The position numbers were made by a program, and so were the translations under genes. From Paragordius varius (lineage: Eukaryota > Animalia > Nematomorpha), in NCBI GenBank assembly GCA_964247055.1, contig OZ176056.1:8308001-8372000 (forward strand): 64,000 bases of DNA, given 5' to 3'. Positions within the stretch are counted from its first letter, which is position 1. The number at the start of each line of letters is the position of its first letter. Positions 37,265 through 52,841 of the stretch are shown piece after piece. Under the pieces are notes generated by a model, which saw only the letters and a list, made by a program, of their open reading frames with translations, searched no databases and had not been told where the DNA came from.

Positions 37265-39863
37265 TTTAAAAATGTTGGATAGACGCAAGAAAGGTTTTTC
37301 AGACAGAATTTGTTTAAAAACCCAAGTTGACACAATTAACAAGACACATTTTTAGGCCAACAAGTTTGGAATAGTGTGTGAAATGCTGTAATCATCTAAA
37401 CAAATAAAAACGTTTCAAAATTTCAACAAGCTAGTAATTGATATGTAGGGTACTAGGTAATTTGAAATATTATATAGCATTTTAACGATTTTAACGTTAA
37501 TATAAATACTAGGGTTTTGGTAGTGTTTATGACAAACTAAATTTTAAACGAAGCGAGGGTTATTCGACAATTCGATGGGTTGAAATCCACATAAAAGTGG
37601 AATACGCAAGCCAAATGCGCCAACTGCTAAAAATTGCGATATTTAAAAATCTAACAATAATTAAAAAATTGTCACATTTTGTTAAAAAAATTAATTCAAC
37701 GGAAACTTAAGCCAATATGTATAATTTTTGCCCCAAATATTACATACATTGTCAATTACAAATGCCCTACATGCACGTTAATGAGAAATAATATAAAAAA
37801 TAAAACAACCACAATCCTCATATATAATCATTTAATCCGATATTTTTAGAAATTGATAAATATATCTTTTTTATTTAATTTAAAATAAGGATTTAAAAAT
37901 TTATAAAATAAAAAAATAAACCAAGCTTTTCGGACATATGCATATATCATTTATATAATTGTAATTATTTATTTCTAATACTATATATAAAAAGATAACA
38001 TTTTGAGGCGTGCAATATTTGCAGAAAGTTTAACAAATCAACTGTTTGGCGCATTTTGCCTTCTTTTATGGCGTATGTTCTAAAAATTTTTAACTATGAT
38101 ATATTCCATTTATCATATAAAACTACTAAAAACAGGAAAAGGACCATTTCAAACCAATAGAGTAAACTGATTAAAGCACGATAACGAAAACTAAATTTCC
38201 TAAAAGGTCTTTGTACTTTTTTTTAAAACAATAAGAAAAAAAAGAATTTTACAAAAATAAAATTTTAGTAAAAATTGAAAGGAATTATTTTAAACCAATA
38301 GAGTAAACTGATTAAAACACGATAGCATATATTTAAGCAGTTTAGAGTAAAATATACTTTACAAAAGCATTGTTTAATTTATTAAGCAATAATTTTTATT
38401 AGTTAAAGTAATGCTGTATGATTATATTTACAAACTACCAAAATATTTCTCAAATGACATCTTTTACCAATTGATTACATTTAAAAAGTAATCAATAACA
38501 TTGGAATTTAAATTAATAATACGGCTATGATTACAGAAATAAAAAAAATATTTGGAGATATTAAATCACTTTTTTTGTGGCAATATTTATACCATTTAAT
38601 CTTTTGTGAAAAGCTGAATCAAATTTTATAAAATATATTTGGACTTATATACTCGTTTTGTGTTGCAAAATATAAAAATCGAGATGTAATTTAATATGAT
38701 CGATTTTACAGTAAAAATTCATTATGCAGACATAATGTATACATATAATGACAATTTTTTTGTAAAAGACATTATTTTTAAACCTTAATTTATCCTATAA
38801 AAAGCATTTTATTAAAATAATTACACAATTGATTGTGTTACCAATTTACACTTTTATAATTTATAGTTTCAAACAAGTTATATTCAAAAAAGATTAATAA
38901 AGTATAGTTGTCTTTAAAAAAAAAATTGTCATTATATTTTCACTTTATGTCCGTATAATTTCAATTTTTACTGTACATTCTAACTTTGTGTTCAGTTTAT
39001 ATAATAAAACTGCGTTTACAAATAAAATCTTAAAATGTATATATCATTTCTAAGTTTATTATCAATAACAATTTTTACTATGAGGATGAGTATATGTCTT
39101 CTTTTAGAATTTGAAAAAATTGTTAAACCTTTTGTCATAAATAATACACCATATTTAAAATTAAATGGGCTAAAATTAATTGCATTAATTTTTTTCAGAG
39201 TATCTAACCTCCACCTATTCAAAAATTATAAAATCAAGAAATTTTAAAATATAAGTTATGAGAGAATTCAATATAAACTTGAAGTCAAAAATTAACTATT
39301 GAGACAAAAAGAGCATCAAAGTTATTACTGGCCATAATATTCATTTTTTTTAAAAAAAACCCTAGAGATTTAAGGGACCCACATGGCTTCATTTATATTT
39401 ATAACGACTCAATGATTTCCAACAACCATACTGGTTTAAAACTTTATTGGTGAACGGTCCACGGGTTACCGTTTTTAAAATCTGATTTTTTGATTTTATT
39501 ATGACTTAGCTTTAAAGTTTAGATGTAAAATGTTTGTAGGTTTGACATTTATTTTTCATCAATAATCTGAAAGGGTTTATATTTCTTCTCTACGTTGTGA
39601 AAAAATTAGTATTTTGGTTTTATAACGTATATGCCCTATAAATAGGCATTTATGTTTTGCAAATGTTTATAGACTATTTTTGTTTAAATTAAATATCTTG
39701 TTTTGATAGATGAAACCACTAGTAACCAGTTCAACAAGACTAATTTAAATATGAATGTTTTTTAGATACTAAGGCTAAATATAACCTAAGATATTATTAA
39801 AACCAGTTAGACATTTTTTAAATTTAATAATTTTATTTTCTTAATTTAGTTCAAATTTTTACC

Positions 39864-42771
39864 ATGTTTTTATTGATTACATTCTGCATTTGTTGTGTAA
39901 CGATGATGGGATCATCAAGTTTAATATTAATTTGGCTAAAATATAATTTCCTTTTTTAATCAAATTTTTTTATTGTATAGCGGAATACGGGTCAGGCCAA
40001 AAAAATGGTATTTTATTTTGTCATACTTTACGTTTAAATAAAATTAAATTTTGAATATTAAAAATATAAAAATAGTTTAGGTTTGTTTAATTGTACATTT
40101 GTAATAAAAAATATACAGTGAAAAAATTATACGGACAAAACGCAAAAATATAAAGACAGGCATTTTTTTTAAAAAACAACCAATTTTTAAAACTTGATTT
40201 TTTTGAATATAACCTATCTTTTTGGCTCGCAAATTAAAAAATATAGATATATATTTGAAAATTGTAATCATATATTTTATGTAGAAAATTGGAAGTTATT
40301 CTTCAAAAAAATTGTCTTTATTTTACGTTTTGTCCGTATAAATTCAATTTTTACTGTATTATCAACTTGTTCGGTATCGGAGGCGAAAATTTTAAGCTTA
40401 GAAACATAATATTATTATATAATTTGTATACATAAATACTGATTAACCAATTCAACTTGATTATGATAGAAATACATCATCATGATATTAAACCAAATTT
40501 AAAATTATATGCTCTATGGTCTTTTAAGGCGCATTTTAATAAAACAATATGGTTAATAAATGGTTATTCCAAATTTTTTACCGAAACTAATTATAAATAG
40601 TTAAAAAAATGCCATATGAAATATCAAAATTGATATATTTAAGTTTGGCATTTAATATATTTTTATAATTAATTCTTAATGGGATTTTATAAAAAGCAAT
40701 TCCAGCATTCACAAAACTTGTAAACTTTTCTTAAAAAACCTTATAAGGTATTATCTCATAAATATTCAATGATCAAGTGTTAAAAAAGCATGATGTATCT
40801 TTTTGCTAAACGTCATTATTCGGAAAATCAAGTCATTATCAATACATATTTTATATCAAATAATTTAAAATGATCTATTAAAGAACAAACTATTTCATAT
40901 TCTGACTTTGAAAAACTTCATAATTTTTATATCTATAATTACCCAATATCGAAAATTTTTAGAGACAAGGAAACAATGTTATGATTTTATGTTAGAAGAA
41001 TGCTCCAAAATTCCACGAAAGATTGAAATAACAACAGATCAATCCAAAACTCGCAGTCAGTTGGAAATAGTTTTAGGTTAAAAGCTAAAAGTTTATTCAG
41101 AAATAATTTAACTATCTAATCTACTATGAAATCAAATTCTAAACATTTTTTGATTAAGAAAACCGAAACAATGAAACAGTTAGAATGGTGGAGGAAATAT
41201 ATGGAGCTGTTGATGCATACTTTGTCAACCAAATGACAAAATTGTATAAATCTTGTCTAAATTATCACAATACGCTTCCAAATAAAACGAGAGAACAATT
41301 GTATTTGGAATTGAGATCTGCCATGCAACAGAAATTTCAAACTGGCTTATATACCAAAATTAACAATAGTAATACGTATGCTAGAGAAACAGTCTTGAGC
41401 TCATTGAAAAATTTGTTGGTTAAGTCTGATGTCACTTTTCCCCTGTTGTATAGGTTTGAATACGATGAAAGGTATAGATAATTACAGTAAAAATTGAAAT
41501 TATACGGACAAAGCGTTAATTTATAAAGACAAATGTTTTTTTCTAACATACAACCATACTTTTTAGGGCTTAAATTTATTAAATCATTTTTTAATATATT
41601 ACAAAGTATAAAATGGAGATATATAAAGTTAATAATGTTTTTATATAAGAAAAATAGAATTAGTATGGTTATTTTTCTTCCGTAAAAAAATATTTGTCTT
41701 TATATTTTGTTTTGCTTCGTATCATTTTAAATTAAATACGAAATATTTAATGTATTTTCAGAATTAGATTTAGATTGAAAAGGAAAAGTTTTTAGAATCC
41801 GAAAAAATTTAGAAGTTATAAGCGGAAAAAATCTATATATATAAGATGCGCAAACAATATCCTCCTTTTTTCATTTTTGTTTCTTATAAATAGTTTTGAG
41901 ACGGCTATATCGATTAAAAGTATTTTGTCTACAATTTATAATCGATTGTTAATTATAGTTTCGGATTTAAAAAACTCCTCTAATTTGTAAATATCAATAT
42001 GGGTAATACAGGAGAAATGGCTGATTTTCAAGCTTTTCATAATTAGTTTTTTTGGTTTATTTTAACCGTCTATTATAAAAATCAAACCTATATATAGTAA
42101 AATTTTATTATTATTCTTTGTTGATATTAGAACTGAGAAGCTTAACATTACAGATATATTGTTGAGAACCGTGAAAGCTGATCAAAAGTTTCTTGGAAAT
42201 CGAAAAATCATGTTTCTAAAATTGTACACTGATATCCTGGGGGGTAATCCCTTACACAAAAGTGTTATGAGTCAAATGTTTGATGAATATTATCAACCGC
42301 AATAGGTCTGTACCATTGGATTTTTATCTCTAACAGTAAATTAACATATTATTTAACGGTAGTTTTTATTCAGATTTTTTTACTAAATGATTTATGTATT
42401 CTACAAATTTTATGAAAAGGGGAAGGATATGAGAAAAATAAGGTGATATGCCAAATCAGGGGTGTCTTTTTACGGGGGACACCGTTAGAAATTTGAATAT
42501 TTTAAAGAAGCCAAATTTTTATTTGGGCTTACATTTATATATCAAAAATTAAATTTATACTTTAGAGTCCGTATAATGAAACATCTATCGAACGAATACA
42601 GGAAATATTTCAAGTACCTAACTCTTATATTCAATATTAATAATTACTTTTTATTATTTTCATGTTAATTTTTTTATTTAGGCAATATTAAAATTTTGAT
42701 GAGATACCCTCTAAAATAAAAAAAGATTTTATATTTTTGAAATGTAAATTGAGACAAACACACTTTTTTAA

Positions 42772-42811
<40 letters not shown>

Positions 42812-45800
42812 AAAAAAATTAAATTTTTATGTTTTGTCTTAAAAATTTAATTTGTTTGTACCAATCAGGGTATAGATATCCGACAAATAATATGGGACAG
42901 AGGGAACTATTTGGGCTTAAATATGGAAAACGATCCTATCAACTTTCAAGCAATGAATATGTCTTACACTGAGTTTTTAGGTGGCTTTTTTCAAAAATAC
43001 ATGGCCAACTCCACGACCATTGGGTAGGTTTTTTAGAATTTCACAAAAAAATTAGTGCTAATATCTTAACTTTGAATTTTTCAAATAATTTTTTCCACGG
43101 GCCTTATTTGAAGTATTAAGGACATTAATAAATATTTCATAAAATTTAAATCATATTCTAATTTGGTTAAACTTAATCAAGTCAAGAAATGTTGATTTTA
43201 ATATTTAGGCATATAATAACAATTTTTTTGCCGATATCATAAGTCACGAAATGATGAGTGCTGCAAACACCCCTGATCATAAAAATTTAACTTATAAAAA
43301 TTTTTTTAACATAATTTTAGAAGATTGTATAATTAAAGTGTATAATAAAATGGTTATTTTATAATAATCTATGAAATAATCTCAAAATTATCACTAGGAA
43401 AAATAACACGAATAAATTGTTGCAATCTTTTAAACTGTCGTGGTCTAGTATAATCTATAAATCTTATGGTAATACTAAGATATAGTATGGCCAATTGGTA
43501 ATACATTACCGTATATTAAAACAAATTTTCTCCATAAAAAACACTTGATTACAACACATTCATTTTAGTCCGTCGATGTTTATCATTAAATATTTCGTAA
43601 AATATGGAAAAAATTATAACCATGGCAAAAGTTTGCACTTATATAACATTAATGAACCAAAATATAAAAACCAATTTAAAATACTTGATATTACTTATTA
43701 GGATTAAAACCTAAAGGTAAAAATTTAGCCAACATAACATGTGGGCATAAGCTAAATATAAAAATAATTCAAAATATACCACTTTTTCTGTTTATATCAA
43801 TGTTAAAATTAATTTCAATAAAAATACACTTAATTTTGGCTTTAAAACAAATAATCACGATATTTTGCAAATATTTTGTAAAATAAAATGGCGTCCAAGT
43901 CGTTTGATACGAAACCTTTCTTTTCAAAACTAAATTTATTTTGGTATTTTGGCGTATTTATATAAGGATAGAAGCATACACTTAATTGGACCCGTTTCTT
44001 TCTGTAGTTTTTAAATATATGAACATATGTATAGGGTATTCGAATACCCCAATTAAAATCGAGTGTAAACACTAATGTTGTAGGATAGAATTGTTTAATT
44101 TTACCAATGGTCAACATAAATGGCACACTTAAATTCCATTTATTTATAAAAGTAATAAGCCAGTGACTTCCATTTTTTTAATATATTTTTTGTTCCATAT
44201 CCATAAAAACTTAGATTTTTGCATGATTTCTTATACACGCTGACAGCTAATAATATAGCTGTCGACCTGTTACCAGAATACACTAATTCCCAACAAATGT
44301 TTGATCCAAGTTACAGATATTTCAGGAATCTGACGGTGAATGAAAAATGTATTTACACAATGATCTCAAATGATTTGTTAACCAACATTAAACATATGCA
44401 ATATCTGAACACTACCTCATTACAAATGGTATATACAGTTAAAACAATAAAAAGTTGGGTTTTCATATACATAATATATGTAAGAAGACAAAAATTAAAA
44501 GACAACCAAATCGTAAATCCAGGGCTTTTTAGCAGGAACTTGGTTTTTTGTTGGGTAACTACAATATTTTAGTAACGCCATTGGTTTAAATTTTAAATTT
44601 TTAGAAGTCAGCCCCGTTCCAGTTTTACCTGCAAAATAATTTGTTTTTTAGTTTAAATTATGTAAATTTGATTATATGATATCATTTTCTCTTAAATATC
44701 TGTCATAATTTAAATTTTTTTGATTAAATACTATTTTATGAAAAATTGATCTTAAGAGCATAACATTTATATATATCTCGTATCCGTTTGAAATCGAATT
44801 ACTATGGTGACTTTATGGCACCTACTTTTAACCCACAATAGAACCACAGACATGATTCTTTACGTAGATTTTATAATACTATAGCTTTAGAACATTTAGC
44901 TTATAAATTGATGAAATAAACTCCTGGTAAAAACTCGTAAACTTTAAAGTCTTATAGCTTAGGAAAAGGAAAAATATGATAAATCTGTCCAGTTTAAGCC
45001 TTCTTATATTTTTTTGGCTCTCCTAAAATAAAAAGTTTTTATTTTAAATATTTTCTGAATCAAAACCATACTACATTAACCCTTTAGGGAAAAAACGAGC
45101 CACACAATATATTGATGATAATCCAACCGTAGCCCACAGGCTGCATGAGGCACTCAAATAATGATTTTCCAAAAATAAAAAAATTACTCATATAAGGTTA
45201 CAAGCGAAACATCTTGTAGCTTTAACTATATAATGAAGAATATTTTGATTTTATTTTTATTATTATAATATAAATACTATAAAAGATTATTTAATGAAAA
45301 GTCGGGCTATTAAAATTGAACCAAATCCTGATAAAGGAAGGCCAGAACCGTTAATTTTTAAGGCCCTGACACCGTTTCGGTTTTACAAAACTTTCGGAGC
45401 TACCCGGGTTTTTATTTATTAATTTTAAGGAACCAGACTGATTCGAGTTTTAATGGTCTAAAAGCCACTTTTTGTAAAGCGGCTATTTCGAAGCTCTGGT
45501 AAAAATTAAAAGACAAATATTTTTCAAAAAAACAATTGTTATAATCTGTTTTAATTTGTAACTCATGATATTTTGGGAATAGAGATGTCAGTTTGTTAAT
45601 ACACTTATTATTTATTTATTTTGAATATTGTTAAATAGTTTATGTGGAAAAAATCAAGTTTAAAACAAGATGAGTGGATGCCTTATTAAAATTTGTGTTT
45701 TAGTTTTTACATTATTTTTGTATGTCGATTGATTCCCCATTAATGAATATATTGGATTTTATAATATAGCTAAGAAAATTAGGACTGAGCTAATTGGAAA

Positions 45801-48010
45801 CGGGAGTCTTGTAGGTTATAACCCTAAACTTGGAGGTCTGCGGGTATTTAAAAAAAATTTATAAAATTTTTTATTAATTTTTAAAGTAATAATTTTCTTT
45901 TTTATAATAGTACATTGATTTTTACGACTATCTCCTTAAACATGTGCCGGTAAGAAACATTTTATTTAATAATATATTTTTTCCATATATTTTTGGGAGC
46001 GATGATTTTTCAATATATTTATGTTTTTAGTTGGAATATACGGACAATTTCCATCAAAATTTGTTGCAAATAGAGTTTAGCGGAATACATATCTTTGATT
46101 CCAATTATGTCAGGTATTAGTTTTTAAATATAAACCATCAATTATTATAAAAACTGGGTAAAAGATTGGTTTTGGAAAATTTTTATCAAAATTTTAGCAT
46201 TGAAGGCCCAAAATAATCAAAGGATAGCACAAAAGTGGGAATAATAAGAAAATCGTTTCGTATTACCCTTTTTTTGCTTCAAAAATAAGGGTTGTAGAAG
46301 AAATGGTGTTAGTTCTGGAATTTACTAAATAATATTTTAATTTTTTTTATTTAAAATTTTTTTCGCATACTCTAAATTAACAAAATAAAATACTAAACAA
46401 AAGCATTTAAATGGGTAAAATTCAACTGAAAATATAAATTTAATAAAAATATTTTGAGGGCAGGGGGATTTTTTAAATCCGCTGTTTACAATTTTAATAG
46501 CTTCCAAAATCGATTTATTATGATTCCAAGGCGGTTTTTTGGTTTCCGCTAAAAACGTTGCTGGTTTAGTTTGTCCTTAAAACAAAAATATGTATTAATT
46601 TTTGTCTATAAGATAATTGCTTCATATATAGCCAAGAAATTTATAAAACATTTGCTCTTTAATTAAATTTTTATAAAATTAATAATTCACCTTTCTTCTG
46701 TTAAAATAGGTATCGAGGGCCACGATTTACTCCGAAAATTCTAAGCAATAAACTTATGTAAGAACAGAATAAAAATTGTAATTATACGGACAATACATGT
46801 TACTATAAAGAGAAATATTTTTTTTCCTAAAAGACAACCATAATTTTTGATCTTAATAATTTCATTTAAATATAAATTATTGTTTAAAATCGCAAAGTAT
46901 GAAAATGGCTGGTATAATGGTGAAAAACAATTAATCATATATTTTACAATTGTGTAATAATAGAAATTAGGATTAAAACAGTATGGTTGGGTTGTCTATC
47001 GAAAAAAAAATGTTGTCTGTCTTTCTAAATATTTTTACGTTTTGTCCGTATAGTTTCAGTTTTTACTGTCCGTATATATAAATATATGATGATAGGAATT
47101 ACATTCGTACTGGAGTAGATGTCTTCCAAAGAATGGGTGGGTATTTTTTGAGTTTTTTTGCTTTTATAATTTTTAGTTAGCTAAATTGAAGTATTTTTAA
47201 GCAAAATTTTTAACTTTTTTTCTCATAAATATTTTAGATTTCTTTGAATGCCGTAATGAGACTATTCAAGGTTTTTTCCGTGTGCTATTCAGTGCAACGT
47301 TTAATCGCATATACGAGGTATTAACAACTATTACAATAAAACACAGAATATATAGTTAAAATTTAAATTTATATAATTATAATATATAAATTTAGATTTA
47401 AATGGCATAGCATGTGAATACTGCATTTTATATAAGGATTTTAAATTTATTTCGAGATAACGTTATAAAGTATGTTTTATTACCTTAGGACAAATAAATG
47501 CTAAAATGTTCCACTTGGACTTTTATTAATATTTGATTATAGAAAATTTTTTCTTTACATATCAGTCACTTCTGCAGTTTATCAGTAAAATTTATTTGAG
47601 ATCCCGTTTAAATGTAAATTATTTTTTAGTCAATTGACTTTTTTATTCTTATATCTAAGAATATTTTCTTATTAAAAAGTATTCAACGGCATAATGTTTG
47701 AAGAATATATATAGTAGATCATATATTTTATATTAATATTTTATTCAATAAAATTTAAAATGTAATTAAAATTTTGTTAAAGATATTAAATTTATTTATA
47801 TTATTAGATAAATTATCCTGGTTTAAGTATCGATCCAACCCGAGCACATATTGGAATCGAGGATTTCCAAGATTTTTTTAATGTATAATTTTATTTTCAA
47901 ATCATATTTTTTATAGAAAAAAAACGAAAACCAACCTTATTGCTAACTATGTTTTGTCATTTTAGACGTCATGCGGTGAAGGGAAATTCTCAAGGGCACG
48001 GAATTTGTAA
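39864..48010 (+). pseudogene. Secreted neprilysin(M13)-like gene, copy 1, with a premature stop and a frameshift
   Basis: Exons: 39864-39918, 39981-40007, 40963-41076, 41159-41471, 42131-42335, 42566-42613, 42869-43023, 44215-44428, 45770-45843, 45911-45949, 46031-46113, 46710-46757, 47096-47136, 47238-47317, 47808-47882, 47966-48010. Exon-for-exon colinear with copy 2. TAG at 42303-42305 where copy 2 has TAC. Exon 9 is 74 nt versus 75 nt. Confidence 0.8.
40114..40358. mobile_element. MITE family B, Tc1/mariner-type (TA|CAGT...ACTG|TA), representative copy
   Basis: TIR TACAGTAAAAATTGAAATTATACGGACAAAACGTAAAAATATAAAGACA. Other approximate copies: 3649-3905, 5370-5668, 12678-13230, 38708-38975, 41483-41726, 46775-47070, 54602-54850, 59669-59930, 59947-60188, 62880-63168. 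Confidence 0.85.
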
Positions 48011-51000
48011 ATATTTAATATACTATACATAATATGCTTTACGATCCCTAATGATTTTTAAATTATAACATGGTTTATAAACCAATATTCTGTTCAATAT
48101 GCTCTTGTCTGGTAATAAGCTCCTTAGTTTTTAAATTTAAATCTTTTAAAGTTGATATATATATATAACCTCAGTTTTAATATTTTCGAAAATCGTGGGA
48201 AAATATCAAACATTGTATATTATTGCTAAAAATATGATGTAAAATCAATTAAAATCAGTTAAAATTTTTCTAAAAAAAGTTATAAATGCGCATATTGAGT
48301 TTTAAATATATTATATTATTATTTAAGGGGATTTAAATATATTAATTATATAATATAAAATATTTTTATGTTCATAGAATTTTTACAGTGCTGGCCACGT
48401 CTTTGGAAGTTGCTGAGAGATGTAATTGCATTCCGAATGTTATTGAATATATACCGTGTAATTTAACTACCCATAAAAAATTTAATAATAAATGATTTAA
48501 ATAGCCATAATAGATATATTTGATTAAACCAAATAGTTTTACTTAAGCATTCGAGTCTTAAGTTAATTTTTTAATGTTATTGAACCATTTACCTTTAAAA
48601 TTTAGTTTTGTGATTAATTCTTGTTAAGATCAAAAATGTATATATTTGCTTAAGAAATTCGGTATATAAATTTATAGTTAATTATTTCATTAAACACTCC
48701 ATTACCTTTTGGGGCAGTTATAGCCCACAGCTATTTAAAAAGTAGTTAAAGTGTTTGGACCGAATTTTAAATACTTTCTTAGCCTTTGAAACGCATTATA
48801 CAAATTTTTTTAAAAAAATGTAAAATTGTAAAAAAAGTTTCATCTCCAACTTTTTGATACCATTTTTTTGCTATAAATTTTTTAAAATCGCCCAATGCAA
48901 CAAGCAATTAAATGCGCATCATGGTTAGAATATGTTAATAATTAACTTTAAAAAGTTAGTTGCGCTGTGTTTTCCCAAATTACTTCCACAAGGAAAGTGA
49001 ATAATATACATTTTTTTTATCAACTTTAATTATTAACTAATTTTTTTTATTTTACAGATATTTCTGTGATAGACAAACGGTTGAGAATAATTGTTTGAAA
49101 ATAAAACTACTTTATCTATAACTAAACAAAGGAGGTTTTATATTATTAGATCACATCTGAAATAAAAATTTAAAGTTTTTTAATTAAGGGTAGGAGCTGC
49201 ATTTCTGCCTTGATAAAATTATATGCTATCATCAAAAAGTGATATGGCATAAATTGAAATTACTCACAACACTTCCATTATCCACCACAAGTCGCAGTCG
49301 AATAATTACTAAAAGTTTTTTTGCACTTTAAAAGGAATATGAATCTAATATTTACTTTTTTAAAGACTTAACGGGTGAAATGGGCTATTAATTCCTATAA
49401 AGAGCACGTTTAAAATCTTATAAATAGAATCATAGAATTAGTTTTATAAACATTAAGAAAGATTTTATGGTTTATAAATAATTAAATAATCGAGTGAAAG
49501 TTTTTTTTTTCGATTACTCAAAACGAGTGAAGTTGCCAATTATCTCTAAAGAAAAGATTAAAATTTGTCTTAAAAATTTATGATGATAAATGCCAACCAT
49601 ACAATATTTATATTAGATTAAATAAATGATTTGAAATTTACAAAATTATTTTATTTCGAATGCAAATCTAATTTTCGTTGAAACTATGAATTTTAGATTA
49701 CAAAGCGGAAAAGGTTATAATATATCGCTATATCCAAATTCCTTCATCATAAGCACAGGTTTATGCATCGAATCTCTGGTATCAAGATCAAAAAAGTTAC
49801 GATGTTATGTTTTGTTTAGGGTTATCGTTTTTATTTTACAAATATTCTCTTATATATATCCACTGAATATCTATATGCAATCATATTTAATATTATACTT
49901 AATATACGGGTCCGAAACCTATTGAGGTGCAATGAAAATTTTATTTGATGGCTTATTTGCGTTCATTTTCAGGAACATTCTAATATGTTGTAACAATTTT
50001 TATGAGTTAAAATAAGTCGGCAACTTGCCTTTTATAAAATTAGATTTTCAAAAAATGATGATTTTGTTTTCCTGTGCAAAAGGATATTGATTATTATGAA
50101 CTATTTCGTTATGAGAGAAGTGTATTCTAAATAGCGAAAGCCATGCTTCTTATAGAATATATAAATCTATATATTATCAAAGTTTTTTTGGATTCCTTTT
50201 ATGTTTTGAAACATAATAAAAAGTCCTCTAAGTTTTCATTTTGTGATAAAATTTTGAATTAACTAGATAATAAACTATTGTTTTGACTACAATATTATAA
50301 TTGTTTTTGAATTTATACATACGTCCAAAAGGCTAAACAAAGCATATTTTTACATTAACTACTAAAAATATCCATCAAGATATTTAAGATTTCATCTGCG
50401 TACATGGTTTATATAACACATGAGGCCTGTTCATAAAAAAGATTATGTTTAACAAAACAAAATTTTGAAAGTTGAAATCTGGTAATTTTTTAATAATGAT
50501 ATACATATTAGTGATAATAACTTTCTTATATCTCATAAGAGCCCCCTACCATGATAATCCTGACACATGATCCTATCAGAAATTATAAATTTCATTATTA
50601 TAAGGAATTAATATTTTCTTTGATATAAAGAATCAAACTTATTATAACGTTTCATAGGATGTTAATTTTTTTAATACATAAAATAGAGGAGAGAATATAA
50701 AGAATTGATATTTATTTGTTATGTGTGGGTGTTGTGTGTGTTTATTAGCCAATAAAAATATCTCAATTTTTATATGCAAAAAATAATAAAACTGGATACA
50801 AATTAAAGTTCAAAAAAATTATTATTACCTAATGAGTTAGAAAACGTATGAAAGTGTTATTTTTTCACACGAAAAAAAAGTTTATATCGATATCACATGC
50901 CATATATAAGAAATTTTATTCAATATGTTACGGTAATAACATTTCGATATTTTTTGTTTGATAATACATAGATTGATCCTTAAAGCAAATTTTTATTTTA

Positions 51001-52841
51001 AACATAAATTATTTTTGCGAGAGCCCGTAGTTAGAGAGCAATTAACATTAATCATGCGGAAGAATAGCAGCTACTGCGCTAATGGTTCATAAGTGATTGG
51101 ACCAAAAATTAATTTTATGTATGATTCAAGCAGAGAAAAAAATATTATTCAATTAAAAATAGGCCAATCTTAGTTTTTTAATGCAAACCATTTTTACAAA
51201 TTGGGGTTATTTTTAACAGATAGTATTATATCATATTCTCAAATAACATTTTTGTATAAATAAAAGGTAATTAATTATTTTATATTATAAAAAAGTAAAA
51301 AAAAATTAATTTCAAAAATCAGTACAAAAGTCAGCGCAGGACAGGCGCAAACAACACACTGTGCCAAAAACATATCTGGTCAAATTATTGACGTAATATT
51401 GATAAAGATTCAAAAGCTTTCAGAATTCCAAACAAATAATGTAGAATGATTGAACTTAAGCACATATTTCACGGTCATGTAAGTTCTTAGCAATAATAAT
51501 TATAAAGTAGGTAGTTTAAAGGCGCACATAATAATCACCATGGTTTTATTTTCCAATGAATTTTTTCGCCACTTGGCAATGCATTTTTGCAGATTATCAA
51601 CAATAACCCCCTTATTCACTAAAGAGTATTGGAAGAAATTTAAAAATAACGGCTATAATTGCAGAGTAAATGATATAAATGTTAATAAAATCGATTTTAA
51701 AATATAGTAAACTTGGCATAAACTTTTTGTCCGCGGTGACATGTTAGCTTAATATAGAGCTTAATCTTGTAGTAAACTATACTGTTTTGAAAAACAAATA
51801 TAAATCTTATATTAAAAATTGGCTTGTAAATCATACCCTTTTTACTTTTTAGAGTCTAATGGGACTATTCCAAATAAATAACCAGCTTTTAAAATTATTT
51901 AATTTTAATATTTTGATGGTATAAAGTAAGCTTATTTAAGTTAATTATTTACATTGCCCAATCATAAGAAACATTTATTTGCTTATTTAACGATTTAAAA
52001 ATATTTAAAAAAAATAATTGCGCCAAGTTTGAGATGAATATTTTCACAATTTTACATTGTAAAAATTTGGAAACATGCGCTTTGGAGTTAAAGCAAATAT
52101 ATTTTAAAATTTAAACTCTTACTTTATATAATTTTTAGATATCAAATAACTAATCACTCTTTTTATTGTCTTAAAATGTCATAAACTCTTAATATAAAAA
52201 TAATTTATTATTGTACTATATTATAGCCAAAATAATTTAATATTTAAATATCGCTCATTAATTTCATCCATAAAAAATATTTTTTGAGTTTTTAAAAAGT
52301 TTAACTCTTTTTTATTTAAAATAAATTTTATCCCTTTTATACTCTTTTCTTATTTATATATATATTTATATCATTGCAAAAAATTATTATACCTGTTTTA
52401 CAGACGGTTAGCTGTCTAATAAAAATTGTTTCTCTAAATTGGTTAGGACCTATAATTGAAAATTAATTTCCACTCAAATTTTAACCATTATATATAAAAT
52501 AAAATAAAAAATCATTCAAAAAACCAAATAGTGTGATTTCAGAGTGGATTAGGGGTACCAACCTGGACTCAGGTTTGAATTACTAACAATTAATTTTATT
52601 AGTATTGTAATCAACCCTATAAATAGGTATGTTATATCAAAGTGTTTAAACTAATTTTTAGTTTATAAATATAAATATCTCATAATAAATCGATATAAAT
52701 GAAACCACTAAAAACCAGCTCAACAGGGCTAATTATATAAGGAAAGGTTATTACCACACGCTAAATATAGCTTAGTATATCATTTACTAACCAATTGTTT
52801 TTTTTCATAATTTATTTTCGTAAATTTGCTAAATATTTATA

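Noticed and set aside
37512-37710. 65-codon open frame after an AG (GFGSVYDKLNFKRSEG...)
   Set aside because: No start codon or partner exon was identified and there is no recognisable motif.
43250-43285. TGATGAGTGCTGCAAACAC, resembling the hammerhead core (similar string at about 36262)
   Set aside because: Lacks the leading C, stem II pairing and the GAAA strand.
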